From NCBI GenBank assembly GCA_964597345.1, contig CAZQXK010000008.1:5991-69990 (forward strand): a DNA stretch of 64,000 bases, given 5' to 3'. The stretch comes from an uncultured Thermodesulfobacteriota bacterium (GTDB lineage: Bacteria > Desulfobacterota > Desulfarculia > JACQYL01). Position 1 is the first letter of the stretch. Each line of letters starts with the position of its first letter. The notes under the pieces are model-generated. The model did not search any database. It was given only the letters and a program-made list of their open reading frames with translations, and had not been told where the DNA came from. Positions 49,437 to 59,608 of this stretch are shown here, piece after piece. The translations under genes were made by a program, and so were the position numbers.

Positions 49437-51425
49437 ATGAAACTCAGCACGAAAGTCTATTCGGGATTCATCCTGGTGTTGCTCTTCTTACTGGGATTGG
49501 GAACGGTGGCCATCTGGAACATGAATCGAGTAGGATACGCCTTCGGGATGCTTTCGGACCAGTTCCTGCCTCAAGTGGGTTTAGCCAACCGCATCGAGCG
49601 TCTTTCCCTCGATTTTCAAAGCAATATGGCGGAATACGCCTTGACCGAAGACGTGGGATATCTAGCGGTGGGAAGGCTTCGCCTCGAAGAACTTGGGGGA
49701 GTGCTTCAAGAGGCGCGGGAACTGGCTGCCCGGAGTGATCTGCTGACCACCCTGGAAGGGGCGGTAGAGGGGATGGAAACCCAGAAATCCGAGTGTGAAT
49801 CCCTGACGGACCTCATGGAAAGGAGCAATACGGCTATTTCGGAGGAAAGAGCCAGACTGGATGAGGCGGCTGTTCAATATATGGACCACGCCAATGGATT
49901 TTTGGAGGGTCAGAACGAGGCATTGCGCCGAGAGATCGCCACAGGGGCCGGAATGACCCAACTCGAGGAGCGCCTGTATACCATCCGCAAGATCCGTGAA
50001 GTGATCGAACAGGGATACCATTTGCGTCTCAGGAACTTAGGGGCCCAGGCCGTCGGAAATCCCGAAGGTCTACTCGACGCCGCCGAACGATTCGCCTCCA
50101 TCGAAGGGACCCTCTCCGAACTTTCAACCATCACGTACGATGAGACCGGTTTGCTGCAACTTCAGAGAATTCACGAAGCGGCGACGGTCTATAAGGATGC
50201 CACCGAGCAGTTGAGAACGGAATGGCTGCGGTTGCGCGAGTTCGGCTTCCAGCAGGAGTCGGCGGCCCGCAGCCTGCTTGAGGAAGCGAGGGTTTTGGCG
50301 GAAGGCGGAATGGCGGAAACCGCCGGATTGGCCGGGCGGACCATGGACAATTTGTCGTCGGCCTCCCGCATGGTCATTTTTGGACTGGTTATCGCCCTGA
50401 TTCTGGGTTTGTCCGCGGCCACAGTCATTACACGCAGCATTACGCGGCCCATCCAGAGGATCATCGAGGGAATCCAGAGTGCTTCCGAAGAGGTGGCGTC
50501 CGCTTCGGATCACGTGTCCGCTTCGAGCCAATCTCTGGCCGAAGGTTCGTCGGAACAAGCCGCGGCGTTGGAAGAAACGTCCGCTTCCCTGGAGGAAATG
50601 GCCGCCATGAGCAAGCAGAACGCGGACCATGCGGCGCACGCCAATCAACTGATGACCAATGCAAACCGTCTTGTGGAGGAAGCGCTTGCTTCCATGCAGC
50701 GGCTTACACGGTCCATGGAAGAGATTTCTAATGCCAGCGACGAGACCACGAAGATTGTCAAGACCATTGATGAAATCGCTTTTCAAACGAACTTGTTGGC
50801 GCTGAATGCCGCGGTGGAAGCGGCCCGCGCCGGGGACGCGGGGGCGGGATTCGCCGTGGTGGCGGATGAGGTCCGGAACTTGGCTTTGAGGGCTTCGGAA
50901 GCCGCCAAGAGCACGGAAAGTCTCATTGAGGGCACGGCCCACAAGGTGGAAGAGGGAAGCCAACTGGCCGTGAAGACCAATCAGGCGTTTCAGGAGATGG
51001 TTGCCGGCGCCTCCAGGGTGGGGGAACTGCTGTCCGAAATCGCCACCGCATCCAAAGAGCAATCCGCCGGTATCGAACAGGTCAACCGCGCCGCGGTGGA
51101 GATGGACAAGATCACTCAACGGAACGCGGCTACCGCGGAGGAGTCGGCGGGTGCTTCGGAGGAGCTGACGGCTCAAGCGGAAACACTGAAAGGCTTTGTG
51201 CGGGGACTTATCCTTCTGGTCCGGGGAGGCGATTCCAAAGGGATCGGGGGAAAGCCGGGGGACCGCGTGAAAACCGGGACCGAGGAAGGTCTCCCGTCGG
51301 TCAGGTCGGCCCGGTCTTCGGTACGGGACCGAGCCCCCGCCCAAGCGGCGGATAGAGACCAAGCCCGGGAGGTTAAGCCGGAAGAGGTTATTCCGTTGGG
51401 ACGGGAAGAATTGGAGAAGTTTTGA
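49437..51425 (+). CDS. Methyl-accepting chemotaxis protein
   Basis: Two TM segments, [31 protein letters not shown]. Confidence 0.95.
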   Translation: MKLSTKVYSGFILVLLFLLGLGTVAIWNMNRVGYAFGMLSDQFLPQVGLANRIERLSLDFQSNMAEYALTEDVGYLAVGRLRLEELGGVLQEARELAARSDLLTTLEGAVEGMETQKSECESLTDLMERSNTAISEERARLDEAAVQYMDHANGFLEGQNEALRREIATGAGMTQLEERLYTIRKIREVIEQGYHLRLRNLGAQAVGNPEGLLDAAERFASIEGTLSELSTITYDETGLLQLQRIHEAATVYKDATEQLRTEWLRLREFGFQQESAARSLLEEARVLAEGGMAETAGLAGRTMDNLSSASRMVIFGLVIALILGLSAATVITRSITRPIQRIIEGIQSASEEVASASDHVSASSQSLAEGSSEQAAALEETSASLEEMAAMSKQNADHAAHANQLMTNANRLVEEALASMQRLTRSMEEISNASDETTKIVKTIDEIAFQTNLLALNAAVEAARAGDAGAGFAVVADEVRNLALRASEAAKSTESLIEGTAHKVEEGSQLAVKTNQAFQEMVAGASRVGELLSEIATASKEQSAGIEQVNRAAVEMDKITQRNAATAEESAGASEELTAQAETLKGFVRGLILLVRGGDSKGIGGKPGDRVKTGTEEGLPSVRSARSSVRDRAPAQAADRDQAREVKPEEVIPLGREELEKF

Positions 51426-51603
51426 CCGTGGGTCCGTAAGTCGAAGGCGCCTGCCGATTCGGCCGAAAACAGGGCGGATGGGGACGCCTGCGAACCGCCC
51501 ATGGAGCGGAAACGGACTTCCGGCGGGCGTTGCGCGCCATGGGGCGCGGCCGAAACGTGTGCGATCCGGATCGAATGTCTGGTGCAGGGATGTCGGGACA
51601 CTA

Positions 51604-51637
51604 TTGACATGACCGATGCATGGAGTTAACATGCATC
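51604..51637 (+). promoter_or_regulatory. Sigma70 promoter with overlapping inverted-repeat operator
   Basis: TTGACA-N17-TAACAT; GATGCATG-N7-CATGCATC spans spacer and -10. Confidence 0.6.
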
Positions 51638-51666
51638 AGAAATGTTGATGGAAAGGGGGTGTCCCG

Positions 51667-51729
51667 ATGTTGAAGATCCGTAGGATTGAGAAGAAGATCG
51701 TTCAGTCCGGCAGCAAACCGGCTACGTGA
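51667..51729 (+). CDS. Unannotated 20-aa basic peptide MLKIRRIEKKIVQSGSKPAT (26 aa if the UGA is read as Sec)
   Basis: RBS GGAAAGGGGG 7 nt before ATG, own promoter; below the ORF-track length cut-off. Confidence 0.45.
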   Translation: MLKIRRIEKKIVQSGSKPAT

Positions 51730-51866
51730 CACGGTCCGGAAAAGTAGCTGTCCGGCGGACAGCCGAGTATATGACGTGAACAAGGGCGAAGCGGTTTCGG
51801 CTCGACATGCTTCGCGGCGGCTCGTAAAGACGGCGTTCCACATCCGTCCATGCGGGCCGTTTCTCT

Positions 51867-52080
51867 TCAGGCCGATGAAAACCACGATCCGCCGGCGCGC
51901 CTCTGGTGTGACGCTTCATCCTTTCCCCCTGTGCGCCCCGTCCAGACCGGCGTCACTGCGGCGTACATACGGTACGCCGCATTCCTCAGGATTCGCCACG
52001 CCGGAGGCGTGGCCGAAGGCGCGGCCGGCGTCTCATCGTTTTGCACAGGCCTGCCCGCAATGGTTTCATCAACGGGCTAT
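51867..52080 (+). mobile_element. MITE-like repeat, expanded copy (214 bp)
   Basis: Termini and core present with two internal insertions; abuts the stop of the convergent gene. Confidence 0.75.
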
Positions 52081-55000
52081 TATGCCGGGTCCCCTCCGTT
52101 GGAGGCAAGTCCGTTCCGGAGGTCCGCAATCGATCGACGCTCCGACCGAGCCCTCGCACAGCCGCAGTGTTCTTTCCCTTTCCGGGAGACGGCAACGGGC
52201 ATGATATGATCTCGATTCATCCGGATTTTTCTATTGTCGCCCGCAGACAGGAGGGGGTTCTCTCCGGTTACGGGCCGGGGCGTCGGCGGTGAGAGCGCCA
52301 TTTTCTGCACGCTTTCGAGATAATCCGGGGCGCAGTTCAGGTAGAAGGATAACGCCTTGGAGAAGTTCTTTCCCACCAGGCCATCGACAAACAGCAGGCT
52401 GATATCGCGCGTCTGAAGCAAAACGTTCTGGCAGCCGATGAGGATTCTCCGTTCTTCCATAGACAACTCCCGGAGCAAACCCTTGAGGGCGCTGCGGGCT
52501 CGGGGCTGATACATCCAGAAGTACATGAGATCCAGGGAATGAATGATGATGATCTTCTCCAGGTCCCGAACCTCCGCACCCGCCGCCCAGCGGAGTTTCT
52601 CCACGGACTCGAGCACCTCCAGGACGGGGGCTTCGGGAAAGCGGAGTTCGAGCTGGGCGTACGTGTCGAACAGCTGATCCAGCTTGCTTTGGTAGTCCCT
52701 CCGGCGCAAAGCAATATTTTCCAGGCGGTCCGCCGTCCCTTCGATGAGTCCCGCCACCGTGTCGGATGCCGCCTTCGAGATAACGGCGGCCCATTTCTGA
52801 AGGATATCGGTTACCTGAGGAGTTCCCGCCGCGAACAGGATGCCTCCTAAAGCCGAGTTGAAACCCACGGCCAAAGGAATGGAAAGGATACTCCGGAAAA
52901 AGTTGGCGATGACGGCGCCCCGGGGCAAGCCCCGAAAGGCGTTGTGACTGGAAAGGTACAAGCCGTTGACTGCGGCCATGACGGTGTAAAGCAGCACCGG
53001 GTTGGTGGCTGTGGTGATCCCGAACGCACGGTCCAGCACTGCGGTTTTGACCACGTAATCCAATAAGGGTACCGAAAATCCGGTGAACATAAGGGAATCC
53101 GTGATCCGTTCCCAGCTTACGTAATCGTTCCATCGCAGAAGCGGAGATCTCCGGATCCCTCCGCCGCCCAAAACGGACTGAAGCACGTTTCGAAGCCCCG
53201 TGATTCCAAACCAGATGAACGCGCCGAAGTAGGCCAGGATCCACCAGTCCTTGGTCAGGGCGAATGTGGCGAAGGCCGGAACGAATCCCAGAAACACCTT
53301 GAGTGCGTTTTTGAGACCTGTGTTCATGTACCTCAGGGAGACCGCCCGGCGAACCGTCCGGATTTCGGGGGATTCCAGGGAAAGCCCGTTGGAATGCCCT
53401 TCCGCAATGCCTCCGAGTGTTACGATGTTCCCGAGACGGCTTATGAGGGTGGAGTCCTCCCGGATCACCCAGTCCGCTTCTTTAGTTTCCCCCAGGAAGG
53501 TCAAAATCCGCGTGCGTCGCGCCCAATCGAAAAAGACTTGAACGACGGCATTGGGACTCGTCCGCGGGCAGCGGGTAATGCGCAACCGGGCCTCTGTTCG
53601 GATGGGGAGGATTTCTCGGGGGGAAGTGCCGTGACTCCATATCTGCTTCCGGGATCGCCCAGGCAGCGTTTCGATGACGGCCAAGCCCATTCCGTGCACC
53701 CGCCGGGAGCGGCCCGTCGAGTCGCTGCCGATGCGCGATTTCAACGGGATGCCCTTGTACATGGCCTTAAAGTCCGCGATGTCATGAAGAATCTGGGTCA
53801 GTTTGTGAATCCGCTCCTCCCGGTCCGCATAGTTGGAGAGCTTCAGACGGTCGACGATTTCGGCCGTTACCCGCTTTAATTGGATCACGTTGCCGTCGTT
53901 GATGGCGCGCTGCAGTTCGGCGATGGCCGGGATGTGGGAGGTTTTCCCCTCTGCATAATCCTTCAGGTTGAAGATTTCGAGGCGTGTGATCATGCCCTGG
54001 CAGTCGTAGAGAAGTTCGATGACGTCTTCCGCTTTCAGGTTGCTGAGGTTCAGCGTGATGCGGAAAGCGGAGTGAAGCCGTGCGAGACGATCCACGAGGG
54101 CGCAGGGGGAGAGCTGCAACAAAGGGGGAGTCAGCGAGCGATCATCGCAGGGAACCGCGGGATCCGGGATTTCCGGATTTTGGCGGGGCTGAAGATACCG
54201 CTCCAGGATAGAATCCGAATCCACGAGGTCCATTTCCCGGACCAGTCCCGAGATTCTCTCCCGTTCTTCCGGCGAAGCGCGCTCGAATTCCTTTCGGAGT
54301 GCGGAGACCCGGTCCTTCATGGCCGTGACGAGATGCTTGTGGATGAACTCCGAAAGGTGGATGGAGGAAGGCTGTCCGGTGCCCACAAAATGAAGAAAGT
54401 CGGACTCATCCAAAGGAGGCGCATCCAAGCCGAAGTCTCTGTTGATGGAGATTCTGTGCCTGGTGTTGAACTCCTGAAGAAGTCTCAGAACGTGTTGTTT
54501 CTCGAATTCGGAAACCTCTCTTCCTTCGGCCATGAAAGACATCACCGAATCTTCGGCCAGGAAGCAGAGGAAAGCCTGTGTATCCGGAAAACCTCTGGGC
54601 ACCCAGATCAGTTGAGCGTACTTGTCCCGGAAACGGGTCTTGAATTCGATGCCGATGCGCACCGTGATTCCCATGATATCGGCGGCCTCCAGGAGTTCCA
54701 CCGCAAACTTGGCTTCCAGGTAGTTGTAATAGATCACCCTCAGCCGGCGGATGCCTTTGATCCAGGCGTCCATAATGAGGTGACTGGAGGATTTGCGGCC
54801 TTTGGTGTTGGCGTCGTGGACATGGTCGTCGAAGGAAAGCTGGTTCCATGCTTCGGGCATCTCCAGAAGGTGGTAACGACGGAGCATGGCGCGGACGATC
54901 TTGGGCTTTCCCGAGGCCGTGGTCCGGAAATCGTGGGCCAGCTCGAGCTGCCGTTCGTAATCCCCATGGGCCCGCACCAGCTCTTTCATGATCTGCAGAA

Positions 55001-55298
55001 GCACCCTCGCCGTATTCCGGGGCATAGGCCCGGCTCCCGAATGAAGTACCTCGTCTCTAAGGCAGCGCAAGGCATCCAGACGGTCGCCGACTTCTCCGGC
55101 TTCCAGGGATTGCAGCAGATGGACCAGGGCGTGGGCGATGCGCAGTCCTTTGGATTCGGCCATTTCTTTGATGCCCGAGGGATGCAGATGCGGGAAGAAA
55201 ACCTTTTTGGCGCGGCTTCGGATTCGATCGCGATGAAGTACGTCGTTGACGATCTCCAGGAGTTGATGATCTCTCTTATCGAACAGGAATCGGACCAT
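52080..55298 (-). CDS. Large hypothetical protein: degenerate PHP-like domain plus C-terminal membrane domain
   Basis: DDHVHD, AWIKGI, VRIGIEF, GSDSTG; several hydrophobic segments in the last third. Confidence 0.7.
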   Translation of the reverse strand: MVRFLFDKRDHQLLEIVNDVLHRDRIRSRAKKVFFPHLHPSGIKEMAESKGLRIAHALVHLLQSLEAGEVGDRLDALRCLRDEVLHSGAGPMPRNTARVLLQIMKELVRAHGDYERQLELAHDFRTTASGKPKIVRAMLRRYHLLEMPEAWNQLSFDDHVHDANTKGRKSSSHLIMDAWIKGIRRLRVIYYNYLEAKFAVELLEAADIMGITVRIGIEFKTRFRDKYAQLIWVPRGFPDTQAFLCFLAEDSVMSFMAEGREVSEFEKQHVLRLLQEFNTRHRISINRDFGLDAPPLDESDFLHFVGTGQPSSIHLSEFIHKHLVTAMKDRVSALRKEFERASPEERERISGLVREMDLVDSDSILERYLQPRQNPEIPDPAVPCDDRSLTPPLLQLSPCALVDRLARLHSAFRITLNLSNLKAEDVIELLYDCQGMITRLEIFNLKDYAEGKTSHIPAIAELQRAINDGNVIQLKRVTAEIVDRLKLSNYADREERIHKLTQILHDIADFKAMYKGIPLKSRIGSDSTGRSRRVHGMGLAVIETLPGRSRKQIWSHGTSPREILPIRTEARLRITRCPRTSPNAVVQVFFDWARRTRILTFLGETKEADWVIREDSTLISRLGNIVTLGGIAEGHSNGLSLESPEIRTVRRAVSLRYMNTGLKNALKVFLGFVPAFATFALTKDWWILAYFGAFIWFGITGLRNVLQSVLGGGGIRRSPLLRWNDYVSWERITDSLMFTGFSVPLLDYVVKTAVLDRAFGITTATNPVLLYTVMAAVNGLYLSSHNAFRGLPRGAVIANFFRSILSIPLAVGFNSALGGILFAAGTPQVTDILQKWAAVISKAASDTVAGLIEGTADRLENIALRRRDYQSKLDQLFDTYAQLELRFPEAPVLEVLESVEKLRWAAGAEVRDLEKIIIIHSLDLMYFWMYQPRARSALKGLLRELSMEERRILIGCQNVLLQTRDISLLFVDGLVGKNFSKALSFYLNCAPDYLESVQKMALSPPTPRPVTGENPLLSAGDNRKIRMNRDHIMPVAVSRKGKEHCGCARARSERRSIADLRNGLASNGGDPA

Positions 55299-55313
55299 AG
55301 CGTTGGGTACCTA

Positions 55314-55477
55314 TCAGGCCGTTGAAAAACGCGATCTGCTGTCACGCCTTTGGCGTGACGCTTCGTCCTTCGTCATTGCGGCGTACTAGTGGTACGCCTC
55401 ATTCCTCAGGATTCGCGCGCCTTGCATCTCATCGTTTTTCACCAGCCTGCCCGCATAGCGGTTTATCCACGGGCTGC
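55314..55477 (+). mobile_element. MITE-like repeat, full length (closest to consensus)
   Basis: CAGGCCGTTGAAAAACGCGAT...ATCGTTTTTCACCAGCCTG...GTTTATCCACGGGCTG. Confidence 0.82.
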
Positions 55478-55853
55478 ACCGATGGGACACGGGTGATGGT
55501 ATCGTCGGGGCCGTCGGCTGTTTTCCCGGCGTTATAAAAAAAGAGCAATTTTGGGGCTAAAGAATCGCGACGAGTACTCTTCGTGAAAAGCGTCATAAAA
55601 TTGTAATATACGCAGGGGGTTCGGGTAAACCCGTTTTCGTCGAGACGCCGAACACGGAAAAGGAAGGGTCGCGGCGTGGGGAGTGGGACGCGCGGAAGCG
55701 GCGGGATCCCCGTGAAACGCTACGTCGTCCGATTCGGGCAGCGGAGAAGCGCAGGCAAAATCCATTGGATGAGTGGTGGGTCGGACGGTTTTGTAGAGGG
55801 AACGGGTCCGGAATCACGATTCCGGACCCGTGGTGAATGGCTCGGGATTTGGA

Positions 55854-56885
55854 TCAACTGCCCGTGGCGTACTCGTAGTTCATGATCTCGGTTTCCGGAA
55901 TGAATGTATTGGGAACTTTGTTCTCGCGCATTCTGTCGTAAATCATGGCATTTCCTCCGAACAACAGAGAGCGGGCGTCGTATCCCAGAAGCCGGAGGTA
56001 ACCCGCAATATACGAGCTGGTCTGGCCGGTATAACAATAGATGACATTGGGTATCCGGGTGGACAGAGTCAGAAGATCCGTCGTGCTCTTGAAGGGTGTT
56101 TCGTCGGGCGGATAATTGACGGCGCCGGGAATGTGTCCGTGTTTTTCATACAGTTCCGTCGGCCAGTAATTGATGATATAGAAGCCGCCGTTGTCATAAA
56201 AATCGTTGAATAAACAACAATGCCCCAACATGACCGGTCCGTATCCCTCGGCGAAGAGGGTTCGGGCGCGGGCCTCCAATATCTCGGGGGCGCTTGTTTT
56301 GCCGGTGGTGAGCCGCGGCAGGGTTCCCTTGGGATTCTTCGGCGGGGAGGGCGTGTGGACGAATTGATCCGCCCGGTTGTTACTCAAATTCTTCAACCAG
56401 GATTCCTGCGCAAAGACGGCGGCCCAGGAGCCTATACCCCACTTCAGGGAAACCGCATTGGAATACCCCAGTGCGCGCAAGAGGGAAACGGCGTAGGCGG
56501 ACGCCTGTCCGGCGAAACAGATTACGACGATGTTCTCATAGGCGGGGGCGTCGATCCCTTTCACATGATCATATATACTTTGGAACTCCATGTTGTGGGA
56601 CCCGGCGATGTGTCCCCGGGCGAACGCCTGAGGCGAACGGATGTCGATAAGATACTGCGCCTTGGGTTTGGTCAGCAGATTGGTTCGGAGGGCCGACGCC
56701 GCGATGACGAAGGGTCCTCCCTCGTGCAGGTAATCCCGTTCGGTTTCGAAGAAGTTCAAGAGTACTTGGGATTCGTCCACGACCTCCGGGGCTCGCGGTG
56801 CGGTAGCGCATTGGGAGAGGCCCAGAAAGCCGGCCAGTCCGATCAAGCATAAAGCGAAAAAACGTTTGTATGCCAGGTTCCGCAT
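55854..56885 (-). CDS. Tandem-rhodanese-domain lipoprotein
   Basis: Lipobox-like GLSQC, IDIRS..FARGHIAGS, ICFAGQ, HGHIPGA, YCYTGQ. Confidence 0.82.
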   Translation of the reverse strand: MRNLAYKRFFALCLIGLAGFLGLSQCATAPRAPEVVDESQVLLNFFETERDYLHEGGPFVIAASALRTNLLTKPKAQYLIDIRSPQAFARGHIAGSHNMEFQSIYDHVKGIDAPAYENIVVICFAGQASAYAVSLLRALGYSNAVSLKWGIGSWAAVFAQESWLKNLSNNRADQFVHTPSPPKNPKGTLPRLTTGKTSAPEILEARARTLFAEGYGPVMLGHCCLFNDFYDNGGFYIINYWPTELYEKHGHIPGAVNYPPDETPFKSTTDLLTLSTRIPNVIYCYTGQTSSYIAGYLRLLGYDARSLLFGGNAMIYDRMRENKVPNTFIPETEIMNYEYATGS

Positions 56886-56914
56886 AAAATGTTTCCTCCC
56901 GATCCTAAGATACA

Positions 56915-58297
56915 TTATTCAGCAGGTTCCATAGGATTCCGCCGTTTTTCCCAACTCTTGGGAAGTTTCCCGTCCACCGTAATATGCCGATTGGCGCTCT
57001 TTTCCCAGTCTTCTTTCAAATCCGAAGCAAACAAGTACAGCTCGCGATTACGGGTGGGCGTTTCCATTCTTCCTGGAGCGATATGACAGCTGTCATAGCA
57101 GGAGCGGCCTGGGTCCACCTGGGTCCGCGTGGTCCATCGGAGAATATTGTGGGGCGTGGTGTAATTATACGTGGTTTTGGCATCGAAAGCCGGCATGGGA
57201 TCGATTCCGTATACGGACCACGTGTCGGGGGCGGCCAGGGTCCGCCTCAATAACGCGTATTTGAAGGGTTTGTCTTCGGGAATGGGATTCAGCCCGATTT
57301 TGAAACTCAAATGCGAAGGAATGCGTGCGCCGGCTCCTCCCACGTGACAACTGCCGCAATTGTTATAGTCCTGTGAATGACAGACATGGCAATCGAAGGT
57401 TTCGATATGCGTTTCGTGATAGATATTGGATTCCGCCGTGTCGAAATGACAGTTGTCGCATTGCGGCCTGAGCGGGGACCGATAACGGTTCTTGTATACC
57501 TTGCCGTCGCCGTGTATCTGCTTCCGGGTGTGGCAATCGAGACAGGTGAAACCGGCCTGGGTCAGATGAACATCCGGTTTGGCGCCGACGCCGAGTCCGA
57601 AGTAGGCGTGGCCGCCGCGACTGCTGTGACAAGCCACACAAGTGTCCCGCATGTCCGGTGTGCGGGAGAACTGATGTCCTTTGTAGAGACCGCCTCCGGC
57701 CGCTTTGGGACGATTGACATGACAGTCGCCGCAGCCGGCGTGACAGGTGGCGCAATGCTGTTCGTAGCCTGCATGCAGCGATTTGGGGACCGCATCAAAA
57801 GACACCCGGCCCATGCGGACCGCCACGCTGTTTTTTTGTCCCCATCCCTGTTCGTGCAAGCTGTCCTCGGTGTTCCTGACAATGTCCTCGTGGCAGTCGC
57901 CGCACACGGCCTGGGCCTTGGAGGAAGGCTGTTTCGTGAAGTCCCCGGAATGAGCCAGTTCCTTGTCGCCGGTCCCGTCCTTGCCTCCGTGGCAGGAGGT
58001 ACAGGACAGACGGCCGTGTTCGGAGTTCCGGAAAACCTCATATCCCGGTCCTCCCAGGAAGACCCTGTCAAAGGGTTCGATGTGGGGGGCGGCGCCGCCG
58101 CAACCCTCCACGGGAGGGTCGGTATCGGGGCATGCTACGGCGCGGAGCGTGGCATAGCTCGTATGGCAGGCGGCGCACGAACCGCCGGTATCTTTCGATG
58201 CGCTCTCCATCGGCAGCCGCTTGGGTTCCGTGCAGCTTGTCTGCCATGTAAGGAGCGCCGCCGCCAACAGGCACAACAGGAGAAAGCAACGATGCAT
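56915..58297 (-). CDS. Multiheme cytochrome c lipoprotein (10 CxxCH plus one CxxxCH)
   Basis: Signal with TSC, motifs CAACH, CTSCH, CGDCH, CATCH, CGDCH, CVACH, CLDCH, CDNCH, CHVCH, CGSCH, CYDSCH. Confidence 0.87.
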   Translation of the reverse strand: MHRCFLLLCLLAAALLTWQTSCTEPKRLPMESASKDTGGSCAACHTSYATLRAVACPDTDPPVEGCGGAAPHIEPFDRVFLGGPGYEVFRNSEHGRLSCTSCHGGKDGTGDKELAHSGDFTKQPSSKAQAVCGDCHEDIVRNTEDSLHEQGWGQKNSVAVRMGRVSFDAVPKSLHAGYEQHCATCHAGCGDCHVNRPKAAGGGLYKGHQFSRTPDMRDTCVACHSSRGGHAYFGLGVGAKPDVHLTQAGFTCLDCHTRKQIHGDGKVYKNRYRSPLRPQCDNCHFDTAESNIYHETHIETFDCHVCHSQDYNNCGSCHVGGAGARIPSHLSFKIGLNPIPEDKPFKYALLRRTLAAPDTWSVYGIDPMPAFDAKTTYNYTTPHNILRWTTRTQVDPGRSCYDSCHIAPGRMETPTRNRELYLFASDLKEDWEKSANRHITVDGKLPKSWEKRRNPMEPAE

Positions 58298-58309
58298 GGG
58301 AGTTCCTTA

Positions 58310-58423
58310 TCCAGCTGTTGAACAATGCGATCGGCCGTCACGCCAACGGCGTAGACGAAGGCGTGGTTTGCGTTTCACCGTCTTGCACCAGCCTGCCCGC
58401 CATGCCGTTTATCAACGGGTTGC
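58310..58423 (+). mobile_element. MITE-like repeat, internally deleted
   Basis: Degenerate termini and left hairpin, core absent. Confidence 0.62.
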
Positions 58424-58748
58424 AGCAACCAAGAAATCTATGCCTCTTCCAAACCACCGAACGCATCCCGCCGCGTCCGGTTCTTTCCTGGCATACATTC
58501 ATTGGGTGAACATCGGGGACGGAGGGCGGCCGGAATATGCAATCCGGGTATGAGTGGATACTGAAACTCATTCTTTTGCATACGTTTTTATATAAGAGAG
58601 CCGTGGTTCGAGGTCAAGCGGGAAATTGGGTGTCGGGAGACGGAAAACCCGGTCCCAACGATTCCACACTCTCGGATCCGGTGTTGACTCACACTGGATT
58701 GGGTGTATATAAGCGTATTCTATGGAATGGCTTACTCCGGATACCGGC

Positions 58749-59174
58749 ATGGAAATGGGAAGGACCTGCGCCTGCTTCAATCTTCGCAAAGCGGCCCGTT
58801 CCGTCACCCAACTGTACGACGAAATCCTCCGGCCCACGGGGCTTCGATCCACGCAGCTATCGCTGCTGGCCGGGACGCTCGTACTGGAACCGGTGACCCT
58901 ATCCCGCCTGGCGCGAGCTACGGGCACGGATCGGACCACACTGACACGGAATCTCAGAATCCTGGAGTTCCGAGGGTTGATTCGAATTGAACCGGAGACG
59001 GATCGCCGGAAACGTGCGGTTCACCTGACGGAGCAGGGCAGAGAGGTCCTGGAACGGGCCCGCCCCTTGTGGCTGGAAGCGCAGGCAAGGGTGGTGGCGT
59101 CCTTTGGGGGGGAACGGTTTGAACGGTTGATCGGGGAGCTTGCTCACATGGTGAAGGTCTTGAGGCGGCCTTAG
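58749..59174 (+). CDS. MarR family transcriptional regulator
   Basis: CACFNLRKAAR..TQLYD, DRTTLTRNL, DRR.R.V.LT..G. Confidence 0.92.
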   Translation: MEMGRTCACFNLRKAARSVTQLYDEILRPTGLRSTQLSLLAGTLVLEPVTLSRLARATGTDRTTLTRNLRILEFRGLIRIEPETDRRKRAVHLTEQGREVLERARPLWLEAQARVVASFGGERFERLIGELAHMVKVLRRP

Positions 59175-59430
59175 CAGGCTGGTGAAACACGCGATCCGCC
59201 GTGTTGCGCTTCGTCCTTCGTCATTGCGGCGTACGGGTTGTACGCCTCATTCCTCAGGATTCGCGCGCCTTGCGTCTCATCGTTTTTGACCAGCCTGCCC
59301 GCAACACGGTTTGTCAACGGACTGCCGGCAGGCTGGTGAAACACGCGATCCGGGGTTACGGCGGCGGCGCGGCTTGCACATCGCATCGTTTGCCATCAAT
59401 TTGCCTGCCATGCGGTCCACAACGGGCTGT
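59174..59430 (+). mobile_element. Tandem MITE-like repeats: full copy 59174-59325 and deleted copy 59328-59430
   Basis: CAGGCTGGTGAAACACGCGATCC occurs at 59175 and 59329; the first abuts the MarR stop. Confidence 0.8.
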
Positions 59431-59608
59431 GAACGAGCCGCCGGTCCTTTGGATCACCGGGCGGGGATGAGTGATTACGGAAGTGCTTCGATGGCGAAGT
59501 CGTGCTCAGCGGCCGTGAGGCCCGGGGCCGGCGCGCCATGGAACCCATGAGGGCTGGAAAACGGCGGTCTGCGGAATGGAGACCGCTCAACGGGCGGAAG
59601 GAGCGGGT

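Noticed and set aside
51725-51765. SRP RNA or c-di-GMP riboswitch (GGTCCGGAAAAGTAGC, GCAAACC)
   Set aside because: Only partial word matches; the helix-8 pairing of SRP and the ACGCAAAG junction of the riboswitch are missing
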